46,103 nt of DNA from Bacteroidetes bacterium GWA2_31_9 (GTDB lineage Bacteria; Bacteroidota; Bacteroidia; Bacteroidales; GWF2-33-38): NCBI GenBank assembly GCA_001768975.1, contig MEND01000098.1, positions 1 through 46,103 of the forward strand. Reading direction: 5' to 3'. A program made the translations under genes and the position numbers. Positions 20,001 to 27,737 of this stretch are shown in pieces. The first letter of the stretch is position 1; every line of letters starts with the position of its first letter. Below the pieces are notes generated by a model. The model did not search any database, was not told where the DNA came from, and saw only the letters and a list, made by a program, of their open reading frames with translations.

Positions 20001-21193
20001 ACATAGAATTAACTACTACCCAAACACCTACCAGTTGTTATGGAGGTTCTGGTGGTACAGCAACTGTTTCTGCTACAGGTGGAACATTTCCATACAGCTA
20101 TTTATGGAATGATGCAAATAATCAGACTAATGTTACTGCAACAAACCTTACAGCAACAGGATATACCGTTACCGTTACTGACGCTCAGGGATGTACAAAA
20201 TCAGAAAACATTACAGTATTGAGTCCTGAAATGATTAACGTAACAGCATTTCCAACAAATGTTAAATGTAAAGGCTTTAATAATGGCGGAATTACATTAA
20301 CTGTAAATGGAGGCACTACACCATACTCATACAATTGGTCAAATGGAAGTAATTCGGTTACAATTATAAATCTTGCAACAGGAGTGTATTCAGCTACAGT
20401 AACTGATGCAAATGGATGTTCTGACACAAAAGAAGTTACAATAACAGAACCAGCGTCAGATTTACAATTTAATGTAACAACCGTTGAAGCTGATTGTTAT
20501 AATGGTGATAATGGCGAAGCAACAGTTAATGTTGTTTCAGGAACTTCACCATATACTTATATTTGGTCGGCAAACAATCAGACATCACAAACAGCAACTG
20601 GTCTTATTCCAAATAATTACTATACAGTTACAGTTACTGATTTTAATAGTTGTTTTTCTGTAGGAATAGTTAATATCGGTTCTCCTTCTCAAATTGAAAG
20701 AGTTGACTCTTTAACAACTATTAATAATACAAGTTGTATGGGAAGTATCGATGGAAGTATTTTCATAAAATACACTGGAGGAACATCTCCTTATTCATAT
20801 TATTGGAACAATGGAAAAACTGACGATAAAATTTATGATTTATCAATGGGAACTTATCTTATAACAATAACAGATTTTAATAATTGCGAATTGGTTGATA
20901 CGTTTGAAGTTGGAACTAATCCTACAAACTGCCTAGATATTCCAACTGCATTTACACCAAATGCTGATTCATACAATGATACTTGGGAAATAAAATATCT
21001 GTATTTATATCCAAATGCTTCAATAAAAGTATTTAATAGATGGGGACAGCTTGTTTATGATTGTAAAGATGGATGTAAACCATGGGATGGTACTCACAAC
21101 GGCAAACCTCTAGCTTTTGGTTCGTTTACATATATTATTGATTTGAATGATGGCACCGATCCAATTAACGGAGTAGTAACTTTAATTAAATAG
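14084..21193 (+). CDS. Giant SprB-like cell-surface adhesin (2369 aa): signal peptide, K/E-rich linker, Cys-rich beta domains, CUB-like domain, Ig/PKD-like domains, 21 SprB-type repeats, T9SS type-B CTD
   Basis: The track ORF begins at a TTG (14054). The ATG at 14084 gives a clean signal peptide, MKKIFKLMVIVFCLFFGISRTNAQ. C-terminus IPTAFTPNADSYNDTWEI..IKVFNRWGQLVYD..PWDGTHNGKPLAFGSFTYII is the type-B CTD pattern. Confidence 0.9.
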   Translation: MKKIFKLMVIVFCLFFGISRTNAQINNLEKISKENTESQTVLKSNETEVRRIPRKKVESSPEKGVAETKEKKNDENSSLTDKKFSNDSQLEITELNKNIQALSNDECSNALPIDVVNCSLAFYYSFTTTGATASSGIPAPGCASYSGGDVWFKVVVPASGHIIFDTYEYDILDGGMAIYSGDCTSLTLIECDDDDGVGLMPYIDRSGLTPGSTIYIRFWEYGNNVAGYFYLSIYEPVSSTSINLNGNMGTVSGCCVELYDNGGTLDYGNNQNSTITFQTTAGNRVRMSIWDFATENGWDYLWIYDGPNTSSPLMFKWTGIPAYIPDAVSSGQYLTVKFTSDGSGKDVGFAAYIFCEEIPPAPGLCSGNSPASDNCSNSTHICDPNQYCGNTSSYYTPDLPGNMCNGCGLFGGSIENNSWISFTAAATIATLQFNVTNCTDALGIQFGIYSGSSCNSFTLLSNVTNTTNAQIGSQQISASGLTVGNTYYVMVDGFAGDVCDYSITVIDGIMTGTVSGDQTVCYGSTGVTYTMNAIATGYNWSVPTGATITAGSGTNTITVNWGTASSGDVVCTASAGTCDGASSTLAVNITVPATASISYTGTPFCKSSTSQTVTLTGTGTYTGGTYTASSSNLSINGTTGTINPSASLAGTYTVTYTLPAVGGCSTIIATTSVTVKPALTATATASNVNCNGDATGGVSLTPGGGTPSYTYNWSNSTISQNLSNVVAGDYYVTVTDDNSCTVTTSATVTQPASALTATITGNNPSCNGSANGSVSASASGGTSAYSYLWDDPAFQTTSTASNLLAGTYSVTITDLNGCKYYDSQVLNQPSAITITEASNNDATCGNADGSASISVSGGTSPYTYLWTDGETSNSISGKLAGSYNVTVTDANSCSNILAVVIGNASAPVANLDSQTNILCNGNNTGSATITYSGGTSPYTIIWSSGGNSTTESNLIAGNYSVTVEDANNCQATVNVTITQPNPLNAPVTSQTNVNCFGENNGSATISVSGGVTPYSYSWSAGGSTTATNGSLTAGNYDVTVTDANSCTKFTSVTITEPSQLLSSLSSQTDVNCNGEYNGEVTVTVSGGTSPYNYAWSSGGTGLNETGLNAGTYTFTATDNHGCTTNLSIDITEPQALAASVASSSNLTCNSSADGDVTINVTGGVTPYTILWSNGNTGLSDSNLSAGLYTFTVTDAHSCTDSASVTLTEPLILNAVISSYSDVNCNGGNDGSATVIVSGGTTPYAYNWSSGGNGATENNLSFGTYTVTVTDVNNCENIVTVDINQPATLTSSIVINDSINCNGFNNGILSVNYSGGTPPYNIIWSSGGTTDIESNLVAGNYDVSITDANLCTTSASISLPEPEVLNASIIGTDVSCNGGNDGSADLTVTGGTSPYTFEWSTLETIEDISGLNAANFVVTVTDYYGCIVNTNVNINEPSVLALTPSSTQSSCGNTDATASVTPSGGTTPYTYFWSNSQTTQSISSLPSGSYSVTVTDNNGCKDSLTISISDMGAPVAVATVQSNVSCFGYNDGSATVNVTSGNSPFTYLWSDASAQTDSIAVSLVADTYSVTVFDVNNCKTIETITITQPLELISSYIKSDASCNTFNDGSINLTVAGGITPYSFIWDDILNSNTEDLSGLTADNYSVTITDANGCISNSTITINEPDQIIGSIAVTNVICNSGKNGALDLTVTGGTSPYTFLWNDSGNSTIEDLVGLLAGNYSVTITDANNCQTIETTTITEPSAIVSNISGTDIICYAGTNGAADLTVSGGTTPYTFSWSNSATTEDISNLSFGNYSVNIFDNNLCSATATITINQPTELIITFSNVVDAICSGNGGSATADVTGGVSAYTYVWDFYTGNQTTQTASGLTSGTYQLTVTDNNLCTATNSVTINSLAGGTAIITSSTNNNCFGDKFGSATASLTIGTSPYTYFWSNSNTTATANNLTAGTYSVTVTDANNCVSSTSVTISEPTDIELTTTQTPTSCYGGSGGTATVSATGGTFPYSYLWNDANNQTNVTATNLTATGYTVTVTDAQGCTKSENITVLSPEMINVTAFPTNVKCKGFNNGGITLTVNGGTTPYSYNWSNGSNSVTIINLATGVYSATVTDANGCSDTKEVTITEPASDLQFNVTTVEADCYNGDNGEATVNVVSGTSPYTYIWSANNQTSQTATGLIPNNYYTVTVTDFNSCFSVGIVNIGSPSQIERVDSLTTINNTSCMGSIDGSIFIKYTGGTSPYSYYWNNGKTDDKIYDLSMGTYLITITDFNNCELVDTFEVGTNPTNCLDIPTAFTPNADSYNDTWEIKYLYLYPNASIKVFNRWGQLVYDCKDGCKPWDGTHNGKPLAFGSFTYIIDLNDGTDPINGVVTLIK
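14807..15153 (+). other. CUB-like domain inside the adhesin
   Basis: GCCVELYDNGG..YGNNQNSTITFQT..GNRVRMSIWDFATENGWDYLWIYDGPNTSSPLMFKWTG..SSGQYLTVKFTSDGSGKDVGFAAYI follows the CUB layout: f-x-l-E..DYL-x-IYDG...l-x-v-x-F-x-SD-x-s...GF-x-a-x-Y. Confidence 0.55.
16115..20920 (+). repeat. 21 tandem SprB-type repeats (~76-78 aa each)
   Basis: I counted 21 units, from ALTATATASNVNCNGDATGG... to ...INNTSCMGSIDGS. Each carries C-x-G-x3-G-x-A, GGT-x-PY-x-Y-x-W and G-x-Y-x-V-T-(V/I)-T-D-x-N-x-C. Copies are diverged at DNA level. Confidence 0.85.
20921..21190 (+). other. T9SS type-B C-terminal sorting domain
   Basis: Same motif string as at 9385-9653: FTPN-x-D-x-(Y/Q)ND, NRWG, WDG, G-x-(F/Y)-x-Y-I. Confidence 0.8.
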
Positions 21194-21201
21194 TTAAGAT
21201 T

Positions 21202-22113
21202 ATGAAAACAAATATATTAATAATTATTATATGCTTTTTCAGCATAACATTGGTAAAAGCTCAGCAATTACCAATTTACAGTCAATATATGTTTAATAGC
21301 TTTTTGATAAATCCTGCTACAGCTGGAAGTGTTTCATATTTTCCAATAAGACTAACAGTTAGAGATCAGTGGGCTGGACTTAATCAATCACCAAGAACTC
21401 AAGCAATAAGTACACATGGTTTGTTAAATGGAAGAAGCGAAGCCGTTGGTGGATATATATTTAACGATAATTATGGACCCATAAGTAGAACAGGTGCATT
21501 AGTTGCATATTCACATCATTTAAGTATTGATAAGTATAGCTCAAAACTTGCTTTAGGTATATCAATTTCTGGTTTTCAGATTAAATTAGACCAAAGAGAT
21601 TTGAATTTAAATGATGATTATGACCCAATTATTTCAGGAGCAGTAGAACAAAAATTTATGCCAGATGCAGCATTTGGTGCGTATTATTATTCAGAGAAAT
21701 ATTATATTGGAGTTTCAGCCGCACAATTGTTCCAATTTAAAGTAAATTTAGGTGAAAATTCTACAAAACAGAGTTCTCTTGTTCGTCACTATTATTTTTT
21801 AGCCGGATATAATTTTGAAGTTTCTAAAGAAATAGATATTGAGCCTTCATTTTTGCTTAAACAAACAAAAGGAACTGCATTTCAGGGAGATATAAATGCA
21901 AGAGTTTATTATAAAAAAGATTACTGGCTTGGTATTTCTTACAGAACCAGCGATGCAATTATTGCCTTCTTAGGAGTTAAATATAAGGATTTTGTTGTAG
22001 GATATGCTTTTGATTATACCACTAGTGTTGTAGGTGATTATAGCAGTGGCTCTCATGAAATTATGCTTGGTTATAATCTAAAGGGTAAAAGCGGTGGTTC
22101 GAGGTTATTATAG
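21202..22113 (+). CDS. PorP/SprF-family T9SS outer-membrane protein, likely cognate partner of the second adhesin
   Basis: Signal peptide plus AQQLPIYSQYMFNSFLINPATAGS family signature. C-terminal ..SGSHEIMLGYNL. Starts 8 nt after the adhesin stop. Confidence 0.85.
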   Translation: MKTNILIIIICFFSITLVKAQQLPIYSQYMFNSFLINPATAGSVSYFPIRLTVRDQWAGLNQSPRTQAISTHGLLNGRSEAVGGYIFNDNYGPISRTGALVAYSHHLSIDKYSSKLALGISISGFQIKLDQRDLNLNDDYDPIISGAVEQKFMPDAAFGAYYYSEKYYIGVSAAQLFQFKVNLGENSTKQSSLVRHYYFLAGYNFEVSKEIDIEPSFLLKQTKGTAFQGDINARVYYKKDYWLGISYRTSDAIIAFLGVKYKDFVVGYAFDYTTSVVGDYSSGSHEIMLGYNLKGKSGGSRLL

Positions 22114-22164
22114 AATTATACTAAAAACGGAATAAATTGTTGAAATTTTTAAGTCCCTAGACCT

Positions 22165-22185
22165 ATCCTGAATTTAGTTCAGGAT
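22165..22185. other. Perfect 8-bp stem / 5-nt loop hairpin (ATCCTGAA-TTTAG-TTCAGGAT)
   Basis: Read directly. Lies in the convergent gap between the PorP/SprF-like gene and porX. No T-run follows on the + strand. Confidence 0.6.
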
Positions 22186-22222
22186 TCCAAATTCAAAGAT
22201 GGCTTTGTATATACTGCAAACG

Positions 22223-22270
22223 GGGAGAAAGTGAGCAGGTGAGATAGTGAGCAGGTGAGAAAGTGAGAAA
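22223..22270. repeat. Tandem 8-nt repeat: five exact GTGAG pentamers at strict 8-nt spacing, preceded by one degenerate unit
   Basis: gggagaaa gtgagcag gtgagata gtgagcag gtgagaaa gtgagaaa. GTGAG starts at 22231, 22239, 22247, 22255 and 22263. Confidence 0.8.
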
Positions 22271-22345
22271 ACAGACTCCTCTCGCACTTTCATAAAAATG
22301 CAAAAGTTATGAGCGTGCATAGATAGTAAGTCTTGGTTCTTGAAA

Positions 22346-22364
22346 TCCCGAAGTGAATTCGGGA
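22346..22364. other. Perfect 7-bp stem / 5-nt loop hairpin (TCCCGAA-GTGAA-TTCGGGA), a possible weak terminator for porX
   Basis: Read directly, about 70 nt downstream of the porX stop. On the minus strand the stem is followed by only TTT. Confidence 0.5.
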
Positions 22365-22433
22365 CAAGTTTTGGGGCTTTAGACTTGGGTCTTTTGAAGA
22401 ATGTAATAATTTACCCCACGAACAATAAATCTT

Positions 22434-23987
22434 TTATTTAGGCTCTAACAATATTGCCGGAATAAGCATTTCTTCTAAAGATATTCCACCATGTTGGAAA
22501 GTATCTTTATAATACTTTACATAATGATTGTAATTGTTTGGATAGGCAAAGAAATCTGTATTCTGAGAAAAAATATAAGTTGAACTTACATTTGTAAGTG
22601 GAAGAAATACCTTTTGTGGCTGAGTTATTTCAAATACTTCTTTAGGATTATAACCTAAGCTTCGTCCTTGCTTATATCTAATATTAGTTGTAGTATTTCT
22701 ATCACCAATAACTTTTATTGCATTTTGAACTCTAACAGCTCCGTGATCAGTTGTTAAGAATAGGTTAATTTTATGATCTGATAATATTTTTATTAATTCA
22801 AATAAAGGAGAATGCTCAAACCAAGATAAAGTTAAAGACCTATAAGCGGCTTCGTCTTCTGCCAGCTCACGAATCATATCCATTTCTGTACGTGCATGAG
22901 AAAGCATATCTACAAAATTAAACACAATAATCGATAATTGATTTTGAAGAATATTACTAATATTATCAATTATTTTTTTTCCAGCTTTATTATTAAATAC
23001 CTTTTCATAAAAGAATTTATCGGTTAATCCATTTCTTGAGAGGTTTCTTTTTAGTAATTCTTCTTCGTGCATATTTTTGCCACCATCATCTTCATCATTT
23101 AACCAAATATCTGGAAATAATTTTTGAATTTCTGATGGCATAAGACCCGAAAACATTGCATTTCGAGAATATTGTGTTGCTGTAGGCAGAATACTACAAA
23201 AAACAGATTCTTCGGCTACATTATATACTTCTCTGAATTTGGGTTCAAGAATTTTCCATTGGTCTAGCCTTAAATTGTCAATTAATATTATTACAACTTT
23301 TTTGTCTTCTTTTAATAGTGGAAAAACTTTTGACTTGAAAACACTTGGCGATAATAAAGGTTTAATCGACTTATCATCAGAAAACCAAGAAACGTAATTT
23401 TTTTTGATGAATTTGGAAAATGCATTATTGGCTTCATTTTTTTGCATTTTTATTATTTCATCCATTGCATTGTTCCCAGAACGTTCAAGTTCTAATTCCC
23501 AAAAAATTAATTTTTTGTAAATATCTACCCAGTTGTCGAAAGAATATGACTCATTTATTTGCATACCAATTTGCATAAAATCAGTTTGATATGCAGATGT
23601 AGTTTTTTCTGAAATTAGTCTTTGATGATCTACATTTTTTTTAATTGAAAGAAGAATCTGATTTGGATTTACAGGTTTAATTAGATAATCGGAAATTTTT
23701 GATCCAATAGCTTGTTCCATTATATTTTCTTCCTCACTTTTAGTTATCATAACTATTGGAAGAGATGGGAATTTTCTTTTTATTTCATTAAGAGTTTGAA
23801 GCCCACTTATACCAGGCATATTCTCATCAAGAAATATTAAATCGTAAGTGTTTTTATTTACAATATCAATTGCATCTGTTCCATTATTTGCAGTATCAAC
23901 CTCATAGCCTTTTTGCTCCAAAAATAATACATGTGGCTTTAAAAGATCAATTTCATCATCGACCCATAACAATTTAATTTTTCTCAT
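22434..23987 (-). CDS. porX: T9SS response regulator PorX (REC domain + PglZ/alkaline-phosphatase-superfamily domain)
   Basis: N-terminal receiver KLLWVDDEIDLL...YDLIFLDENMPGISG...PIVMITK. The C-terminal 350 aa has PglZ-type motifs (VVIILIDNLRLDQW, FNFVDMLSHART, LFLTTDHGAVRV). About 517 aa, as in PorX orthologues. Confidence 0.85.
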   Translation of the reverse strand: MRKIKLLWVDDEIDLLKPHVLFLEQKGYEVDTANNGTDAIDIVNKNTYDLIFLDENMPGISGLQTLNEIKRKFPSLPIVMITKSEEENIMEQAIGSKISDYLIKPVNPNQILLSIKKNVDHQRLISEKTTSAYQTDFMQIGMQINESYSFDNWVDIYKKLIFWELELERSGNNAMDEIIKMQKNEANNAFSKFIKKNYVSWFSDDKSIKPLLSPSVFKSKVFPLLKEDKKVVIILIDNLRLDQWKILEPKFREVYNVAEESVFCSILPTATQYSRNAMFSGLMPSEIQKLFPDIWLNDEDDGGKNMHEEELLKRNLSRNGLTDKFFYEKVFNNKAGKKIIDNISNILQNQLSIIVFNFVDMLSHARTEMDMIRELAEDEAAYRSLTLSWFEHSPLFELIKILSDHKINLFLTTDHGAVRVQNAIKVIGDRNTTTNIRYKQGRSLGYNPKEVFEITQPQKVFLPLTNVSSTYIFSQNTDFFAYPNNYNHYVKYYKDTFQHGGISLEEMLIPAILLEPK

Positions 23988-24034
23988 TTAGGATGTTTTA
24001 TTTAGACAAAAAGATAAACGAATAAAATCAAATA

Positions 24035-26722
24035 TTATTTGTAATTATTCTCGAAAAAAATCATGTATTTATCAATGTCTTTATTTTTAAAAAAGGAAGC
24101 AAAATTTGATGAAGATATTATGACCTGATTATAATTCGTTGAATTGAAATTATTAAAAACGTTTTCGTCTTTATTAATTGAATTAAAATATTTCAAAGCA
24201 GATGTTTTGTCGTCAAAACTTTTTACTGTAATTATATTATACTTGTCGTTAAGCTCCACTGTGCTAGTATTATAATCTGTTTTTGGATATTTATCCGTGT
24301 TAAAGTTTATAATATTAAACTGCAATCTGTTTTCATCAATTTTTTTCGTGGCTGCAATAATCATATAAAAATGTACTTCGCTTTCATTTAAATTATATAA
24401 CTCTGGTTCTTTTGAAGCAATTGAATCAGTTTTTTCTTCAATATCTATTGACTCTGAAGTAATCGAATTTCCAGACTCATCTTTAATATCTAAAGTTTTC
24501 ATTTTTGCAAGCACATTCTTTGCGTACTCAGCAACTCCATCTTTAGGAAAATCACTAATAACTGATTTTAGTTCAATTATCATTTCACTTGGTCCATTAA
24601 CTTTCCCTTTTGAAATAGCTTTTAAAAATCTGAATTTAGGAGATAATGCATTGTCGGCATATTGATTTTCAACAAAATTACAGGTTTCTAATACTTTAAT
24701 ATAATTTTCATTTTCGTAATCTGAATATGCTTCAGCATATATATTAAATATTTTTTTCTGACCTTCTTCTATTTCTTTCAAATAGTTAGGATTAGTAAGT
24801 GCTTTTGTATATTTAGAGTCAGGATACTTTTCTATTATTAAATTTTTGTAAAAATCGGATCTTGGTTGATTATTTTCCAACTTATTTAATTGATAAAGAT
24901 AATAGTATGAAGTTAACAGATATTCATTTTCAGGAAATCGCTTGTTCAGTTCTTCAAAAGTTGAAATAGCGAGTTTATAATCTAAAAACTTTTCTTTATA
25001 TACTTTTCCAAGATTAAAATATGCATCAACAATTTTTTCATTGGATGCTAACATCATTGAGTCAGTTAGTGGAATTTCTGTTAAATAAAATTCTCTGCTT
25101 TTAGTATTAGATGTTTTTTTATTAGATTCAGTAGAAGTTTGTTCGGTGTTTTCGGCAAATGTATCAGACATTACTATTGCTTTGTTTTTTCTTCGCCAGT
25201 TGTCTTCAAGTTTTCTTGTACCCCATTTACGTTTAAATTCAGACATTCCAACACCAATCATTCCTTGATTATAGAAATACCATTTTCCCCCCCCTGAGTT
25301 TTCTGGATTCAATTTGGAATTTTGTTGATTTTGATTAAAAATCATAGAATTAATTTGTTGCTGTTGCAGTTCTTCTTGTTGACGACGTTCTTCTTCTTTA
25401 ATTTTTTCAATAATACCGTCAATAAGATTATTTCTATCCTTTTCCGACATTTTTGCAATAAGTTGTACACTATCCTGAAATTGAATAACATTAGCATGAG
25501 TAATTAATTCATTTAGGTTAGCTGATAATAATGATATTTTAGTGTAGTCTGGATGGTCAGTAGGAAGAAATGACATTGTACTATCATAGTATGCCTGAGC
25601 GTTCTTATATATTGGTTTTGAGTAATATATGTCTGCAAGGGCAAGAAATGAAATAGCCTTTTGATAATCGTTAGATACACTTTTTTCAGCAGAAAGTTTA
25701 TAGTTTTCTATTGCCTCTTTTTCATTTCCCTCTTTTTTATAAATATTGGCAACTGCATAATATAGCTGATCTAAGTAATCAATGTTTTTATCATCTCGAA
25801 TCATTTTATTGAGCTGTTTTTTAATCTCTTTACTATTTCCATAAGACGATTCAAAAGAAGCAGATCTATTAATTTGAGCATTAAAAACCATCTCATAATT
25901 AGGATTCATTTTTATAACATCTGCATATAGTTTTGTAGCTTTTGAACTTTCATTGACATTTTGATATAACTGTGCTAAAATAAATTTGTAACGTGCTCTA
26001 TCTTTTTTCTTTTTTGTTTTTTCGATTGCAGTTAAAAGTTGAGGTATTGCATCGTCATATTTTTTTTGCTTTAAATAGTAATCAGCAAAAATTGCAGCAA
26101 CCTCTCCTTTATATTTCTTTGGGAACTTTCGTTCACCATCAATTTGATCAAGGATTTCTTTAGATTTTATATACCTTCCTAATTCATTATTGTTTTTTGC
26201 AAGCCACATCATTGCTTGATACCTTGTTTGCTCAGTATTAAATTTGCTAATAACAAACTCAAATGATTCAGCAGCAGTATAAAATTCATGTTTATAAAAG
26301 TTAGCTTTCCCCATTAGTAAATAGCAATCATCAATCCAGTTACAATAATCGTTTTTTTTCATGAAAGCTTTTTGCTTTTTAGTTTTTGCTGTCTTTTTTT
26401 TATTTGGCTTTACTCTAATTGAGTGCATTGTTATGGCTTTTGAAGCTTTTTTTATGGCAATATCCATATCTGATGAAGCCAACTGAGCTGTACTTGGGTC
26501 ACTATGAGTGAATGCAGGCAATGTTTTATTATAGTTATCTTTAAATCCTGTAGATATTTTTTTTACACCATCTTTTAGACTCTCATTTCCATTAAAATAT
26601 GTATTATAATGAGCTGTAAGATTGTGATACGATCTTGATAATATTGTGTTCTTTTTAGTTGAACAACCAGAAAATATAAAGAGAATAATAAATACTATTA
26701 ATATGTAATACTGTTTATACAT
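24035..26722 (-). CDS. sprE: TPR-repeat lipoprotein, SprE/PorW-type T9SS component
   Basis: The ATG at 26722 (the track adds one TTG codon) gives the lipoprotein signal MYKQYYILIVFIILFIFSGC-S. About 895 aa with many TPR-like Y/A/L-rich helices. Sits between gldN and porX. The family call rests on size, lipobox, TPR content and context. Confidence 0.65.
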   Translation of the reverse strand: MYKQYYILIVFIILFIFSGCSTKKNTILSRSYHNLTAHYNTYFNGNESLKDGVKKISTGFKDNYNKTLPAFTHSDPSTAQLASSDMDIAIKKASKAITMHSIRVKPNKKKTAKTKKQKAFMKKNDYCNWIDDCYLLMGKANFYKHEFYTAAESFEFVISKFNTEQTRYQAMMWLAKNNNELGRYIKSKEILDQIDGERKFPKKYKGEVAAIFADYYLKQKKYDDAIPQLLTAIEKTKKKKDRARYKFILAQLYQNVNESSKATKLYADVIKMNPNYEMVFNAQINRSASFESSYGNSKEIKKQLNKMIRDDKNIDYLDQLYYAVANIYKKEGNEKEAIENYKLSAEKSVSNDYQKAISFLALADIYYSKPIYKNAQAYYDSTMSFLPTDHPDYTKISLLSANLNELITHANVIQFQDSVQLIAKMSEKDRNNLIDGIIEKIKEEERRQQEELQQQQINSMIFNQNQQNSKLNPENSGGGKWYFYNQGMIGVGMSEFKRKWGTRKLEDNWRRKNKAIVMSDTFAENTEQTSTESNKKTSNTKSREFYLTEIPLTDSMMLASNEKIVDAYFNLGKVYKEKFLDYKLAISTFEELNKRFPENEYLLTSYYYLYQLNKLENNQPRSDFYKNLIIEKYPDSKYTKALTNPNYLKEIEEGQKKIFNIYAEAYSDYENENYIKVLETCNFVENQYADNALSPKFRFLKAISKGKVNGPSEMIIELKSVISDFPKDGVAEYAKNVLAKMKTLDIKDESGNSITSESIDIEEKTDSIASKEPELYNLNESEVHFYMIIAATKKIDENRLQFNIINFNTDKYPKTDYNTSTVELNDKYNIITVKSFDDKTSALKYFNSINKDENVFNNFNSTNYNQVIISSSNFASFFKNKDIDKYMIFFENNYK

Positions 26723-26757
26723 CAATTAATGTTAAAGTATTGATAACTATAAAAAAT

Positions 26758-26765
26758 CAAAATTA
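26758..26765 (-). promoter_or_regulatory. Candidate -7 box TAATTTTG for sprE/porW
   Basis: Plus strand reads CAAAATTA, so the minus strand reads TAATTTTG (TAnnTTTG). It lies about 36 nt upstream of the ATG at 26722 and downstream of the gldN terminator. Confidence 0.3.
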
Positions 26766-26838
26766 TTTTATTAAGGTTTAAAATTAGTTATTTTTTTAAA
26801 TTTTAGGAAATAAAGATTGTAAACGAATATGTAAATGC

Positions 26839-26865
26839 AAAAAAAAACCGCTTTTTAAGCGGTTT
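26839..26865 (-). terminator. Rho-independent terminator of gldN
   Basis: Minus strand: AAACCGC-TTAAAAA-GCGGTTT (7-bp stem, 7-nt loop) followed by a T6 run, starting 9 nt after the gldN stop. Confidence 0.75.
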
Positions 26866-26873
26866 AGATTTTA

Positions 26874-27725
26874 TTAGTATTCCCACAAATCGTGTTCTAA
26901 TTCAAATATTTTATTTTTTATTTTTTCTGCTTCAAGAATTGCATCTAATCCCATTTGGTATGCATCTATACGTCTATTATCATAAACGTTAGTTTCCTGA
27001 TAGATATAGCTATTGAAAAGTCTTTTAAAGAACATATCATCAAATGTGCGTCTTTCGGCATCATTGTTTACATTAAAAACCTCATGATTTGCAAATAATG
27101 GTCGTGCTGCAGGAAAGTAAACCCAAAAAACTTGTCTTGTCTTTTGATCAACTTGTTCTAAATCATCATCCCTATAGTACATTCTGAGAGGGCATAATCC
27201 TACAATTCGCACGTCAAGTCTTCCTTTTTGTTTATCAAAAAACCAAACTTCCTTCATCAAATATTTTAATACTTCTGATGAAGTAATTTCTCCCTTAACT
27301 ACTGTTTCTACCATTTGCCCAGTATTTACATCTTCAATCATATTGGTTTTGTCTTTTGCATCAAATACTTCAATTAAACCTTCATGCGTAAGTGGCACTT
27401 TAAATTCATCATCAACGGATGCATCATAAACAATCATATTTGCCTTTTCCATACCATATTGAAGTAGGTCGATTAAACTCATTCTGTCATCAACAGGTTT
27501 TTTAGGAAAATATAAAGGATGATTTATTTTTTCTCTTAAATCTAACATTCTCCATATTTTTTTACTCCACATAACATCTGCTTCACGTAAATGATAGTAT
27601 GGAACAAATTTTCTTGCAGGAACATGTTCTTTTACATAAATACCATCCAGTACATCTTGAGCAACAACATTCTTGATATTACTCAACATTGTTGCGATAA
27701 CTAATAATATCAATACTGTTTTCAT
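26874..27725 (-). CDS. gldN: Gliding motility / T9SS periplasmic ring protein GldN (PorN)
   Basis: Signal peptide, about 283 aa, last gene of the K-L-M-N series. GldN-like core (WSKKIWRMLDLREKINHPLYFP, VWFFDKQKGRLDVRIVGLCP). Confidence 0.8.
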   Translation of the reverse strand: MKTVLILLVIATMLSNIKNVVAQDVLDGIYVKEHVPARKFVPYYHLREADVMWSKKIWRMLDLREKINHPLYFPKKPVDDRMSLIDLLQYGMEKANMIVYDASVDDEFKVPLTHEGLIEVFDAKDKTNMIEDVNTGQMVETVVKGEITSSEVLKYLMKEVWFFDKQKGRLDVRIVGLCPLRMYYRDDDLEQVDQKTRQVFWVYFPAARPLFANHEVFNVNNDAERRTFDDMFFKRLFNSYIYQETNVYDNRRIDAYQMGLDAILEAEKIKNKIFELEHDLWEY

Positions 27726-27737
27726 AATAATATTTTT

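Noticed and set aside
14197-20427. Eight short ORFs on either strand nested in the second adhesin gene (14197-14379, 14808-15020, 15120-15326, 15694-16005, 18781-18966, 19672-19872, 20040-20222, 20185-20427)
   Set aside because: The reasoning is the same: they are out-of-frame or antisense products of a repetitive coding region with no independent signals.
1-21193. Possibility that the highly periodic DNA in the giant genes is a CRISPR array or satellite
   Set aside because: The periodicity is 230-270 nt and in-frame, and it encodes diverged protein domains. There are no short identical direct repeats with unique spacers.
22187-22200. Near-identical 14-mers CCAAATTCAAAGAT (22187-22200) and CCAAACTCAAAGAT (43544-43557), which might link the two unusual intergenic islands as one repeat family
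   Set aside because: It is a 13/14 match in A-rich DNA. My rough estimate is that such a match between two regions of this size is expected by chance at an appreciable rate. The flanks do not align.
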